Shown: positions 1 through 10,963 of the stretch, one piece after another
Position numbering within the stretch: position 1 is the stretch's first letter
Layout: every line of letters starts with the position of its first letter
DNA from: Ginkgo biloba
Taxonomy: Eukaryota; Plantae; Ginkgophyta
Assembly (NCBI GenBank): GCA_024626585.2
Contig: JANKJI020000002.1
Span: 237,780,592-237,799,721, forward strand
Length of the DNA stretch: 19,130 nt
Reading direction: 5' to 3'
Position numbers and translations under genes: made by a program
Notes under the pieces: model-generated
What the model was told of the DNA's origin: nothing
Database searches by the model: none
Seen by the model: the letters and a program-made list of their open reading frames with translations, nothing else

Positions 1-529
1 TTGCTTTTTCGCTACTAACCTCATTTAATTTGAAAAAATATATGCATAAGAAATCAATATGGTTCTCCTCATATGATTGAAAATTGAATGCAAGCCTAGG
101 TATGGTCGCAAATACAAAAAGAGAAAAATAACTCTATCACCAATATACTCAATAATAAATAAACCATATCAAGTTAATTTCTTCTCTTTTTTGTTGAACC
201 TCTTTTATAAAAAGATGAAGTCATAATTTATCTTCTAGGGAAAGAACACTTTGTCCTATCAAATTCTACTAGTATGAATTTCGAGAGTCCTTTGTTGCAT
301 GATATCAAACTTAATTTTTTAAAGATAAGTTCTATTTATATAAATATGGATCTTATATAATCCTTACTATCTCCTTTACATTAACAAAATGATTTCTACG
401 AGTTTCATAAAATTTTATCTCATTAAGAGGTTAACAAGGATATATAAGGGAGGCCAAATCTAATTTGGGACCATTCATTTAAAGTTATAAGAAAAAGAAG
501 TAGTTGAATGATATTTCTATAGGAATGTA

Positions 530-1050
530 TTGATGTATTCCAAAAGATGTAGGAGATGAGATCTATTTCTCACTTATTGATTTTATGCCAAGAAAATATT
601 TTCCTAATGGTGTGAATTATAGGAATTAAGGGACCAAGAGAGAGTTTCAAGATCTATTAGAGAAATTCCATATTAGTCATATTTCATTACTATATAGATC
701 ATTAATCATATTAGCATGAAAGAAGCATAGTATATGGATCATGTGCATAGATTTTATAGCCATAAATAAGACAATAGTAAGGAATTGTTATCCTCTATCT
801 AGGATTGATGACTTAAAATGCTAATTATAAGGCATAACAATGTTGATTGAAAATCTACTCACCCATTGAATAAGAATAAAGGAAGACAATCCTTCAAAAA
901 TTGTGTTCTTTGAATGCTTAGTCATACTATTTATTTTGACTAATGCACTAGTTACCTTTACAAGATCAATAAAGAGCATTCTTTATCCTTTTTTGGACAC
1001 CTTTATGGTTGCCTATCTATAAGACACTCTTATTTTTAGTTCAACATAGG
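530..1050 (+). mobile_element. Decayed Ty3/gypsy reverse transcriptase (N-terminal half to the YxDD motif)
   Basis: From 651 it reads DLLEKFHISHISLLYRSLIILA*KKHSIWIMCIDFIAINKTIVRNCYPLSRIDDL (consensus ELLxKGxIRPSxSPYGSPVxLVxKKDGxWRMCIDYRALNKxTxKNRYPLPRIDDL). It continues FECLVILFILTNALVTF...FMVAYL*DTLIFS, with YLDD decayed to YL*D at 1014-1025. Stops, indels and an internal deletion are present. Confidence 0.9.
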
Positions 1051-2069
1051 ACTTAGAGCTTGTGCATATACCTAGGATTCTTTCAAAATGAGAAAAAATA
1101 ATTATATTCCCTTCATATGAGACAAAGAAAAGATTTCATAAAGATATCATATGGTGGAGTGGATATTTACAAGGAAAATCCTTAAGAACAATAAAAACTA
1201 AGAAATTATAATCATTTTTATAATTATATAGGGTTACAATATGGGAAGTAAATAATTAGGTAACTAAAGATAAAATACTTAATTGAGTCTCAAAGTTAGA
1301 AATTAGAGAAAGAGAAAATNNNNNNNNNNNNNNNNNNNNNNNNNNNNNNNNNNNNNNNNNNNNNNNNNNNNNNNNNNNNNNNNNNNNNNNNNNNNNNNNN
1401 NNNNNNNNNNNNNNNNNNNTAGTTTTATTCTTCCTCCTAAATTCTCTTCTTCTTTTCCACCCCTTCATTTTTCTTCCTTCTCTCCCCTCTTCTCACCAAT
1501 GATTCAAAAATTTAATTTATTTTGGAAGGGTACAATAAAATAAAAAATTGATGAAGAACCACTTATTATATTAATTCTTTGATTGAATTTATTCACTCCT
1601 TAATCAAGTCACTTTGTCTAGGATCTTATGGAGGGAATGTAACCTTAAATCCGAGCTCTTCTTTTCCCTAACAATGCAAAAAGGGGCTACATGATATTTG
1701 AGAGTCTAACTGATTGGTTAATGATGTATGAATTTATTAGACACTTCAAGGGAATGATCATGAAACATAGGGGCTTCACAACTTATGAAATTCTTCTGAA
1801 GCTTAAAAACCAAACTAAGAGATAACAAAAGTAGAGTCAATTTGAGTGTTAGTTGGGACATGATAAGCCCCCCATACTAAGATAATGTATAATGATCATA
1901 GATAAAAAAAATACACAATGAAGAAAATAATCTCAATAATATATATTACATAAAATAACTAATCAACATATTAAGCATATGGGGATAAAGGCTATATAAT
2001 TAGATAAAGAACCCTATAATATTTTGTTCAAAGATATATAATAATTATAAATATAATCAAGAGTGTCAT

Positions 2070-2310
2070 GGAGATATTGGATATGTCATCTGTGATATAC
2101 CTATTGATGATGTTGTACATACCATATCCCTTGAGGATGCTATAATATACCATCTTGAAAAATGTCACCAAGGGAATTATTTAGATGGCCTAAATATATA
2201 CTAAAAAGATTTAGTGGCATCAAGAGATCAATTAGATTAAATTTCTATACTGATGGAAAAGGATTATTATCTTCTAATACTATAGATGACATAAATTAGT
2301 TCATAAGGAA
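2070..2310 (+). mobile_element. Possible Ty3/gypsy protease-to-RT linker remnant
   Basis: Weak translated similarity only: VICDIPIDD (cf. VxCDVxPLD) and DGKGLLSSNTIDDIN (cf. DxxGLPPxRxVEHxI). Confidence 0.3.
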
Positions 2311-2619
2311 ATGATGAAAAAATTAGAACGAATCAAATTTTAATCAATTAATTTATTCATTGTCGATCATTAGTCGTAGGATTAGAAGGTGCACTATAAG
2401 AGAACAACCTCATTTTGAAATAACCATATGAATACAAAATGATCTTTCAATGAAATTAATAAGGATGTAAAACATGAAACAACATTGAAAGTAAATAAAA
2501 TAAAATTCATAAAACAAAAAGGTAGAAAATAGAAATAAAGAATGCATCGAAATCAAGTATACTACTATTAAAAAATTGACTATTTATGGAGTATTAAAAA
2601 ATTCTACCATCTAGATGCA

Positions 2620-3620
2620 AGATAAAATTGAAATTATTACCTTAGTCCTTAGTGATGATGAAAGGACCTCTCCATACGAACTTGAACTTAGAATATTTTC
2701 CCAAGTCTTTCTTAGCCTTATTCCACATAAGAATGATTTCTCTTGGGATAAATGTTTTGAACATTGATTTCTTATCAACATAGATTTTAACTCTCTTCTA
2801 GTAAGTATCCCTATTTTGTACTGATCCCTACAAATATCTTTTAAGTGCATGATCTTAGATAACTGATGATCAATATAATTGAAGGTAGAAACCTTAATTG
2901 TTATCCTAAGGGATGGAATCTCTAGTTATATGGGCATTAAAACTTTAAACCATAGAATAATATCAACTAAATAATCATTATACTACCCTTATAGGTAGTA
3001 TGGTAATCCCATAACATGTGATATGGATTATTACACCAATCCCTAACTAAATAAAAACTAGTTTTCCTTAGAATACATACTAGGGTTTTCTAGTTCTCTC
3101 AGATAAACCATTTTCCTATGGGTAATAGGTAGATAATTGTAGAAAGATTAACTTATTATAATTATATAATTTGACCATCTTAGTACTAGCAAATTGCATT
3201 TTACTATTTCCAATCAATTCACGAGGAATATCAAAATGAGAAAATATAAAATTTAAGAGACAATGATAACATAGTAGAATTATATTTAATCAATGGATAT
3301 GCAACAACCCATTCTAAAATAGTCTATGTCAATAAGGATGAATACATTTTGACTAGTAGGTTGTGGTAAAATATGTCCAGCAAAATCCAATGCCCATTTT
3401 GGGAATGAACACTCAAGCATGATAGGATTTAGGAACAAATATGCATTACAAATATTATCATTCACTCTTTGAGACCCATCGCATTTGAGAATCAAAGTTT
3501 AAGTGTATTTGAATATAGTTGGATGATGGTAACCCACTCTCAATATTCAAAAAAAAGGTAAAGAACACAATATTTGTGTTTACCAACAATATATTTATTA
3601 TCTTGTCAATGTTATGATAG
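2620..3620 (-). mobile_element. Decayed Ty3/gypsy (Tat/Athila-type) integrase with GPY/F motif
   Basis: The minus strand gives ILRVGYHHPTIFK (cf. ILRAGYYWPTIFK) and KCDGSQR...LNPIMLECSFPKWALDFAGHI...FILIDIDYF (ORF 3286..3495). Downstream are STYYP*ENGL (~3105-3133), DWCNNPYHMLWDYHTTYK (~2985-3041) and KFKFVWRGPF (~2661-2689). Confidence 0.9.
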
Positions 3621-3779
3621 ATCTTCTTTATCCATATGTTGTTATTTAATATCATAAAGGCCAAACTAAGCCCAAAGTATAACCATGTAATGCTAAAATG
3701 ACAAGTTTATCCTTACATTAGATGCATCTATCCTACTCTACTACTCTCACTACACTTAGGCCAATTTGCCATAGTAATC

Positions 3780-4500
3780 TCTATAGTATATAGTTGTACA
3801 CAATCATCTAATCCATAACTACACTAATATTTATCTAATATATAAGGTAAGAATAACATTTGTTCAATAAAAAAAACCCATCAAAATATATGAATGTAGT
3901 TCCAAACATATAAAATCAAATAATATACCAACCTTACATCATACACTCCTAGCAAGTATCAATATTGTGAGAAACATTTTGATTATTTTTTTATCCTGAT
4001 GTATATGTTTAAACTATATGGGATAAAGTTTGTTTTATTCTTCACCTTATATATATTATCCAATCTATCATAATTTATTCATGCAATAAGATACAAATAT
4101 CTATATGATTCTTAAACTTATGCTATGTCAAATCAACTAATAAAAATGTCAATTCATGGGGAACTTAGATGAGTAACTTAGAAAAATCCTTCTTTTATGC
4201 TAAACCCATAGACTTAAAAAATAAATTATAATTATAAGCATCAACATATTTACTCATAATGTATGTATTCAATTCTAATAAATTAATAATTTATATATTA
4301 AAATCATTCCTCATGTAGAATACAAATAGTATAAAGGACAAAAAATATGGGCATTATAAATATTTAAATATATGAGTCAACGTAAATTTATAATTTTAAA
4401 TTAAGTAATAAGATCAAAAACTTTTTGTACTTCATCCACAAAGTAATTTAGAGTGGAATATTACCTTGATGTGAAAAAATAGATAACTTTATTTGGTTCC
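3780..4500 (-). mobile_element. Highly decayed Tat-type reverse transcriptase region
   Basis: Fragmentary motifs in collinear order on the minus strand: VQKVFDL (cf. LEKLFD), KYVDAY (cf. EYxDVFAW), IKEG, then a G-V-Y...GTTF stretch (cf. WGxYxYxxMPFGLxNAGATF). It lies between the aRH and integrase remnants on the same strand. Confidence 0.5.
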
Positions 4501-4560
4501 ACCAATCCCTTTTCCTCTCCNNNNNNNNNNNNNNNNNNNNNNNNNNNNNNNNNNNNNNNN

Positions 4561-5919
4561 CCAACTATGACAAGCTAGGTGATTTTTAGAAACCCATCTA
4601 ATCATTAAACCTATTATTTTGAAAGGTAGGGTGATTAATTATGGTAAAAAATATAGTATATAAAGATGAAAATGATAGATATATGGATGGAAGCCACCAA
4701 AGTTAAAATAAGATAAATTTCCTTCATATATAAATTAGGGTAGGATGAATGGGAAGCTAAGATGTCAACATTGTTATTGGNNNNNNNNNNNNNNNNNNNN
4801 NNNNNNNNNNNNNNNNNNNNNNNNNNNNNNNNNNNNNNNNNNNNNNNNNNNNNNNNNNNNNNNNNNNNNNNNNNNNNNNNAAAGAGAAGAAACATTACCT
4901 TTGAAAAGGTAATTTATGAGCTTAGCCAACTGGGCATATCCTTGTATAAATCAAACAATATAGTTAATTTTCCTAAAGAAGGATTTTATTAATTATTTTC
5001 TCTATGGAAGAGGAAATTTTAAAATTACTCTTACTTTCTTGGGATCAATCTTCAATCCCTCAATACAAAATAATATAACCTAGAGGACAACCTTCCTTAG
5101 CAATAAAAAAATATTTTTGAGTGTCTAAAGGTATGCCATGTTGACAACATCTCTAAAACACAAGCCTCAAGTGATATAAATGGTCTAATACCTTTTTTGA
5201 GTGAAGAGTAAGATCATTAAAATAAATTTTGATCATTGAAGTGAAAAGATCATAAAAGGTGGTGGTTGTCATCCTTTATCAAGTCAATATTTCATTAATG
5301 AGGCCAAAGGGTATTACTTTATAAGAGAAAGTTCCCCAAGGCATACTGAACGTAGTTTTTAATTTATACTCTTATTAGATTTTTATTTAATAATAACCTA
5401 AGAAACCATACAACAAGTAGATAATTGTCAACCCAAAAATCCAATAGATGATCTATTACATATGTGGGATATAAAATTTATCTATTTGACTGATATTATT
5501 AAGATTTAAAAAGTAAACAAAGATTCAAATATCATTATACATTTTCTAGACTATGATGATATTTAAGAACCATGTGGAATCCTCTATTAAAAAATGAACC
5601 TAGCATCCAACATATTTTGTATTTCTTTCATTATAACAATGTTAATGGAAATATTTATCATTGTAAAAAAGATTTAGTTTTAGGACATAAAACAATATGA
5701 TATGAGGAGACATTAGGGTCAAATCCATTTTATTCTTTATATCACTAGGGAAAATAATCCTGGTGTTTAATAAATAAACCCTAAAGTTGAACTTGCTTTA
5801 AGGATAAGTTGTTAAATATTATCAACAAAAAGGATTATATTTAGTTATGATGTTTAAAGATATATTACCCATATTATTTCTAAGAGAAGGATCATTTATA
5901 ATCTTGAACTAAGGGGGAA
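4561..5919 (+). mobile_element. Decayed Ty1/copia RT-RNase H, 3' internal region
   Basis: VYK...DGS...K.R (~4655-4712), DVNIV (4761; cf. DVKTAF) and EKVIYELSQLGISLYK (4903-4950; cf. KKALYGLKQAPRAWY). Copia RNase H-like segments follow at ~5325-5790 and the region ends in a polypurine tract. Confidence 0.8.
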
Positions 5920-5924
5920 TGTTA
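5911..5924 (+). other. Copia polypurine tract and start of the 3' LTR
   Basis: AAGGGGGAA (5911-5919) is immediately followed by TGTTA (5920-5924), the canonical PPT/LTR boundary, just downstream of the RNase H remnant. The LTR is cut by the N gap at 5951. Confidence 0.7.
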
Positions 5925-6044
5925 TGAGTAGTATACATTGATTCTAGCACNNNNNNNNNNNNNTGAAAGAATATTATTTGAATTAAGATCAGTGACTTGT
6001 ATTGATCAAAATGATAACACAAATTAAACTCTTCAATTTTTTTT

Positions 6045-6560
6045 TACAGGAAGTAATTGTGTGTCTCATATTTTTTGAATACCTATCACTCTTTCTCATT
6101 ATCAATAATAGATGGTTTATATCAAATTTGGATGGGATATGGCCTAGAGAAAACCATAGGATCAAGATTAAAAAATGATGTTGAAATCACAAAGCTATTA
6201 GCTTTGGAATTTCAGTAGTAGGATAAAGGATATTTTAAAATGATAAAAATACCTAATGAGAATATTAACCATTTCTTAGTATTGGTTAATAACACATTTT
6301 TTACCAGATAAGTTATTTTTTTGAAGAATGATCAGTTTCATATCATAAAATACTTGATTTTTTATTAATTTTAATTCTAAATCCTTATNNNNNNNNNNAC
6401 TATTGAGGATTCATATTTATCCACATTATGAATGGTGCTAAATTCTAATCTGATGCCAAAATAGAATGCTAGGATTGATTTCTTCTAAAGGAAAAAACCC
6501 ATGTAAACTCTTCTTTGATTACAAGTGCTATCAAATGTCATATTTCAAATGTTTCTCTTA
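6045..6560 (-). mobile_element. Decayed additional (archaeal-type) RNase H domain of a Tat-lineage Ty3/gypsy element
   Basis: I*NMTFDSTC...GFFL...FYFGIRLEFSTIHNVDKYES (cf. WxMxFDGA...GxxL...SFRLEFxxTNNVAEYEA), then NQV, NSKANS (cf. NxxADxLA) and YKPSIIDNEKE**VF (cf. RPSIPDNxxxWQVF). Confidence 0.8.
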
Positions 6561-6785
6561 GTTTCTTGGTCATTTTTAAGGCTTAAAAACTTGACGTGAG
6601 GTTACTCAAAGATATCATGTATTCCCAAATAAGAATCTAAAAGAAGAGGAGGATCATAATTAAGTTCAAAGGTTTGAGAATCTAGNNNNNNNNNNNNNNN
6701 NNNNNNNNNNNNNNNNNNNNNNNNNNNNNNNNNNNNNNNNNNNNNNNNNNNNNNNNNNNNNNNNNNNNNNNNNNNNNNNNNNNNN

Positions 6786-8127
6786 AGGAAGTTCATAGAA
6801 TATCATAGTAATACCTTGAATGATGTTATAAGAAGGTACTCTACTTATGAGCATGCGATTTATTCCATTGTGAAAGTAATGGAGCACTAGAGGCATTGCA
6901 TGCTTGGCAAAGAAATGGTAATCCATTCTAACCAACATCCACTTTAATTTTTACATAGTCAATATAAAGTGGAGAATGGATAACAAATGAAGTAGATAAA
7001 TTATCTACAATAGTTCCATTTAGGAATAAATTATAAAAAAGGTACAAATAGTAAGGTAGCTAATTGCTTAAGGAGACCACTAATGCTTAGTCCACTCACT
7101 ACATTGGATATAAAAGGGTATGACATCCATTATTTTGTTGAAATGTATGCTAATGATTCTAATTTCATAGTTGTTCATGATTCATTAAGAAAATATCAAG
7201 TGGTGTAAGATTATAATTTATAGGATGGACTATTGTATCAATTGGGAGCATTATGTCTACCAGTTAGAGACATAAGGCAAAAGTTAATCTGAGAAGTGCA
7301 TTATTCCAAAGTGGTAGGCAATTTTAGAGTAATAAAGACTATGCATAATTAAAATAATACTTTTATTGGCCAAATTTGAAGAAATGTTTTTTTAACCACA
7401 TCAAGTTGTGTATCACTTGTTTCATTACAAAGGAAACAAATAGGAAGTTGAGAGTCTATCAGCGACCACTAGTTCCAACAAGGCCTTTGGAATCCATTTT
7501 GATGGATTTATTGGGAGGAATACCATATAAACAATGGAGGAATGATTATATTATGGTGGTTGTGGATAGAGTTTTTAAGATGGTTCTCTTAATGCCATGA
7601 TATAAGAGTATTACAGTTGTATAGGTAGCATATTTATTTTTCACACATATATGGGTTTATTTTGGTTTTCCCATGTTTATCATTTTTGATANNNNNNNNN
7701 NNNNNNNNNNNNNNNNNNNNNNNNNNNNNNNNNNNNNNNNNNNNNNNNNNNGTATATTATGGACACTAACTTGAAATACTCATAGGTGGTAAATCAAACC
7801 ATTGTACATTTGTTGAGGATGTACCACCATAAATATCTAGACACTTGGGATGGAAGTTTACCTTACATTTAGCATGCAAATAACTAATATTTTCATAACT
7901 CAATGAAATATAGCCCATTCATATAATTTTTGGTTTCTTATCCTATGGTTTCATTGAATATAACATTTAAGGATCCACGAAATTATAACTTGTATGTAAT
8001 GGGAGTATAAGAAAAAGAATGAAAGATATAGAGAAAATCATGACTTTTAGATCAGTGAGGAAAAGGTCCATGATAATGCCTTCAAGATGGATATGTCATC
8101 ATATCTTGATTTACATATATTCTTTAA
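6786..8127 (+). mobile_element. Decayed Ty3/gypsy RNase H, integrase and C-terminal region
   Basis: RNase H: EYHSNTLNDVIRRYSTYEHAIYSIVKVMEH*RHCMLGKEMVIHSNQHP...INYKKGTNSKVANCLRRP. HHCC zinc finger: EVHYSKVVGNF...FYWPNL...CITC. Integrase core: PTRPLESILMDLLGGIP...DYIMVVVDRVFKMV...FGFPMFIIFD. C-terminal region: DNAFKMDMSSY. Confidence 0.92.
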
Positions 8128-8424
8128 NNNNNNNNNNNNNNNNNNNNNNNNNNNNNNNNNNNNNNNNNNNNNNNNNNNNNNNNNNNNNNNNNNNNNNNNN
8201 NNNNNNNNNNNNNNNNNNNNNNNNNNNTGTGCAATATTAGACTACAATTTTATTTGCAAAGAGAGAATATTTATAAATTATGACTACCTCACACACTCTT
8301 AGATAAATTAAAAACATTTTTGAATGGTCATAGAAATAGAACCATAATTATATTAACACTATTTAGATCTAAATAAATGGGCCTTATTTTACCATGATAT
8401 TTGTATTTTGGTGTATGGTTTCTA

Positions 8425-9372
8425 TGTAGTGGTGAAGGAGAATTAAGAAAGAATAAATAAAAATTACTATCCTTCCTTAATATTTAATCATATGATATGA
8501 TCCTCACACAAATCAACTCATTAATCTATCAAAATTATATTGATCTTACTAAAAGTAGAAACTAAATAATAAATCTTTATTACATATACAGAGAGACATA
8601 CAAAAATTCGCACGAAGACCTTTTAAATAATTGGAAGAGTCAAATATCCTTTTATAAATACACCTTGTGGACTACCATCAACTAAGTAGACTCCCACATC
8701 TAATTATGATTCTTTATGTGAATATCCACAATGATGCAAATACTCCTTAGATGATAACTTTGTATTACCACTCACACATATGACTTCATAATATACTCTT
8801 TACTCAGAAATAAATACATACTAACACACATTTATATATCTAGACATAGACATATATTCATGCCAAGACATATAGGACATATTTATTTATAATGGTTTCA
8901 TGACTTACATATTTCTCTAAATTATCTGTACTTTTATAGTTACCTTTTCTTTTCTAGATTTCAATTCTTCCTTTTTCTATATTTTACTACACATTTTTCT
9001 AAATATCCCCATATCCTTATCCCTTTTAAAGATATTTGGTTACATATTTCAATATATATCCTCTTCTATTATTTGTACACATCACTTTTTCTTCATTAAT
9101 TTGACATTTGTTACTCTCCTGACTTCTTCTTAACTTATTTTGAAATCTTTATAATATATGATTATCTATGGTAGTATAATATTCTATAAGCCACATTTTT
9201 GAACATATTCCATGTTCACTTATTAATATAAAATTCCACTTATAATAGTATTATAGCTATAGCATAACATTCTCTAGTGTGTGCCATTATTTCTTAGCAT
9301 ATATTATTATTCCTTAGAATTCTCTAATATTCTTTGGTGAATTCCATTATTCCTTACATTGTGCCATTAACA
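8425..9372. repeat. LTR-like non-coding repeat remnant (tentative)
   Basis: Non-coding, strand-skewed sequence starting TGTAG and ending TTAACA, with short internal repeats (gtgccatta x2). No target-site duplication seen. Confidence 0.2.
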
Positions 9373-9619
9373 TGAAGTGTGATGCATTTTATTTTATACA
9401 CCTAATAATATAAGTATTTTCATTATATTTTTTTCCTTATTCTTATAATACACTTTTTATATGAACAAAATAACATAGAAAAATTATGTATCACTAGGAT
9501 ATTATACCAAATGATATGAGGAAAGTATAACATCCAAAGGTTATGTAGAATCAAGGTCTAAATAAAATATTGACATGCGATTATCCTTCCTCTAAGAAAT
9601 AAATTTTCATTTATTATAA

Positions 9620-9759
9620 ATTCATATAACTTTCTCTCTTGAGATTTTTTCATGAAAAGGAAGATAATTTTAACTATATGTTTGATTCTAATTCCAAACA
9701 TTTAGTGGAAGGAACAACACATCTTTAAGAACTAGGAGAAAGTTTTGTTTTCCTAAAAC
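9620..9759 (+). mobile_element. LINE (L1-type) ORF1 remnant, DUF4283-like
   Basis: FFHEKED...*WKEQHIFKN*EK; homologous to the longer copy at 12360-12690. Truncated by the N gap at 9760. Confidence 0.5.
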
Positions 9760-9938
9760 NNNNNNNNNNNNNNNNNNNNNNNNNNNNNNNNNNNNNNNNN
9801 NNNNNNNNNNNNNNNNNNNNNNNNNNNNNNNNNNNNNNNNNNNNNNNNNNNNNNNNNNNCTATTATACTGAAAAAAAAGGTCTGCGATAGGAGTTTCTCT
9901 CTCTTGTCATAGATTTCCCTTTTTTTTAGTATAATAGT

Positions 9939-10022
9939 ATAGCAATAATTGACACTCGTCAAATTTATATTTAGTTTCTACTAGTCCTTATCCATAGCAA
10001 ATAATTGGCACTCATCAAATTT
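9939..10022. repeat. Imperfect 28-29 bp direct repeat pair
   Basis: atagcaataattgacactcgtcaaattt (9939-9966) versus atagcaaataattggcactcatcaaattt (9994-10022). Confidence 0.8.
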
Positions 10023-10122
10023 TGCATATGAGTAAGGCCTTAATACCCCGGTGAACTTATGTGTCCTGTGAAATATTATAATGATAATAATGAGATTGTT
10101 CTTTACATTCTTATAATGTACC

Positions 10123-10174
10123 ATAGTACATAAACTAAACAAATCTAGTATAGTACATAAAGTAAACAAATTTA
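10123..10174. repeat. Tandem duplication, 27-bp period
   Basis: atagtacataaactaaacaaatcta (from 10123) versus atagtacataaagtaaacaaattta (from 10150); 2 mismatches in 25 nt. Confidence 0.85.
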
Positions 10175-10532
10175 ATTTTCTAAAGCTTAGCCTATAAATC
10201 ATCATATTGTANNNNNNNNNNNNNNNNNNNNNNNNNNNNNNNNNNGTGAAACTAATCAAATAGAGTTTCTAGAGGTCATTCAATTTGTAAATTGTTGTCA
10301 TTCTACACAAGACTTATTTTTATAGTAGCATTATACGTTATAAGTTAGGCTTACATTGTTAGAACTTTGCAATAAGATTTGATCCCTTAGTTTTATGACC
10401 TACAATATGCGAGCTAATTGTCAATAGTAGCCAGTCATAAATGGATAGTCCCCTTTCTCCTTCCAAGGGAAAGAACTAAAAACTACTAAAAGAATATATT
10501 TGACGTTTATGTTTTGGACGGATGTTGGGGAT

Positions 10533-10566
10533 GGCAAAGAATTCCCTCAGGCAAAGAATTCCCTCA
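10533..10566. repeat. Perfect 17-bp tandem duplication
   Basis: ggcaaagaattccctca x2 (10533-10549 and 10550-10566). Confidence 0.95.
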
Positions 10567-10663
10567 AACTTCTTGGGTAGCTTTATAAAGTCAATAGGNN
10601 NNNNNNNNNNNNNNNNNNNNNNNNNNNNNNNNNNNNNNNNNNNNNNNNNNNNNNNNNNNNNNN

Positions 10664-10670
10664 CTTCCCA
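10664..10670 (-). CDS. DUO1: Putative start of DUO1-like exon 2, running into the N gap 10599-10663
   Basis: The acceptor ...ttagtgtcag|TGGGAAG is phase-compatible with exon 1 (AG+T = Ser) and gives LK-S-G-K, compared with DUO1 LK(N/S/T)GCKF. Only 7 nt are visible. Confidence 0.5.
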
Positions 10671-10750
10671 CTGACACTAAGAATGATTATTCCATTTTTA
10701 ATAAATAAACAAAGGAAAATGCAGGGAAAAGTAAAAAGATTTTAACGTAC
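10671..10750 (-). other. Putative intron 1 (80 nt, GT-AG, phase 2) of the DUO1-like gene
   Basis: Donor AAAG|GTACGT at 10751/10750, exactly where MYB similarity stops. The body is T-rich and the candidate acceptor is TGTCAG ending at 10671. The donor is well supported, the acceptor less so. Confidence 0.6.
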
Positions 10751-10962
10751 CTTTTAAGGTCTGGTTTGAGCTTATTAACCCATCGTAAACGGCATGATTT
10801 TCCAGTGCGAGGAAGCAACCCTTTGGCTCCAATGGAGTTCCAATCTCGTGCTCCATATTGTCGCACATACTCGACCAAAATCTCATCTTCCTCTGGCATC
10901 CATGGCCCTTTCCTTAAGACCTCCTCTCTGTTATTAGTAGCACTGTTTTGATCCGCCTTCAT
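10751..10962 (-). CDS. DUO1: R2R3-MYB transcription factor of the DUO1 (DUO POLLEN1/MYB125) clade, exon 1 (whole R2 repeat)
   Basis: MKADQNSATNNREEVLRKGPWMPEEDEILVEYVRQYGARDWNSIGAKGLLPRTGKSCRLRWVNKLKPDLK (70 codons + 2 nt, undisrupted). RDWxSIxxKGLLxRTGKSCRLRWVNKL is the DUO1 signature (GAMYBs have RWANHL). The first in-frame ATG is at 10962, with an in-frame stop upstream at 11016-11014. The ORF-track extension to 10687 is intron read-through. Confidence 0.9.
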
Positions 10963-10963
10963 T

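Noticed and set aside
1493-1567. Minus-strand NKWFFINFLFYCTLPK*IKFLNHW, superficially like MYB R3 and so a candidate missing DUO1 exon
   Set aside because: The W-W spacing is wrong (20 residues instead of 18), there is an in-frame stop, and LPGRTDN is absent; a chance match in AT-rich DNA.
1630-1643. GGAGGGAA-TGTAAC, a possible PPT/LTR boundary
   Set aside because: No recognisable integrase end upstream and no partner LTR, so it cannot be supported.
10687-10750. ORF-track C-terminal extension RYVKIFLLFPAFSFVYLLKME, resembling a membrane anchor on a single-repeat MYB
   Set aside because: It begins exactly at the AG|GTACGT donor and is T-rich intron read-through; there is no evidence of intron retention.
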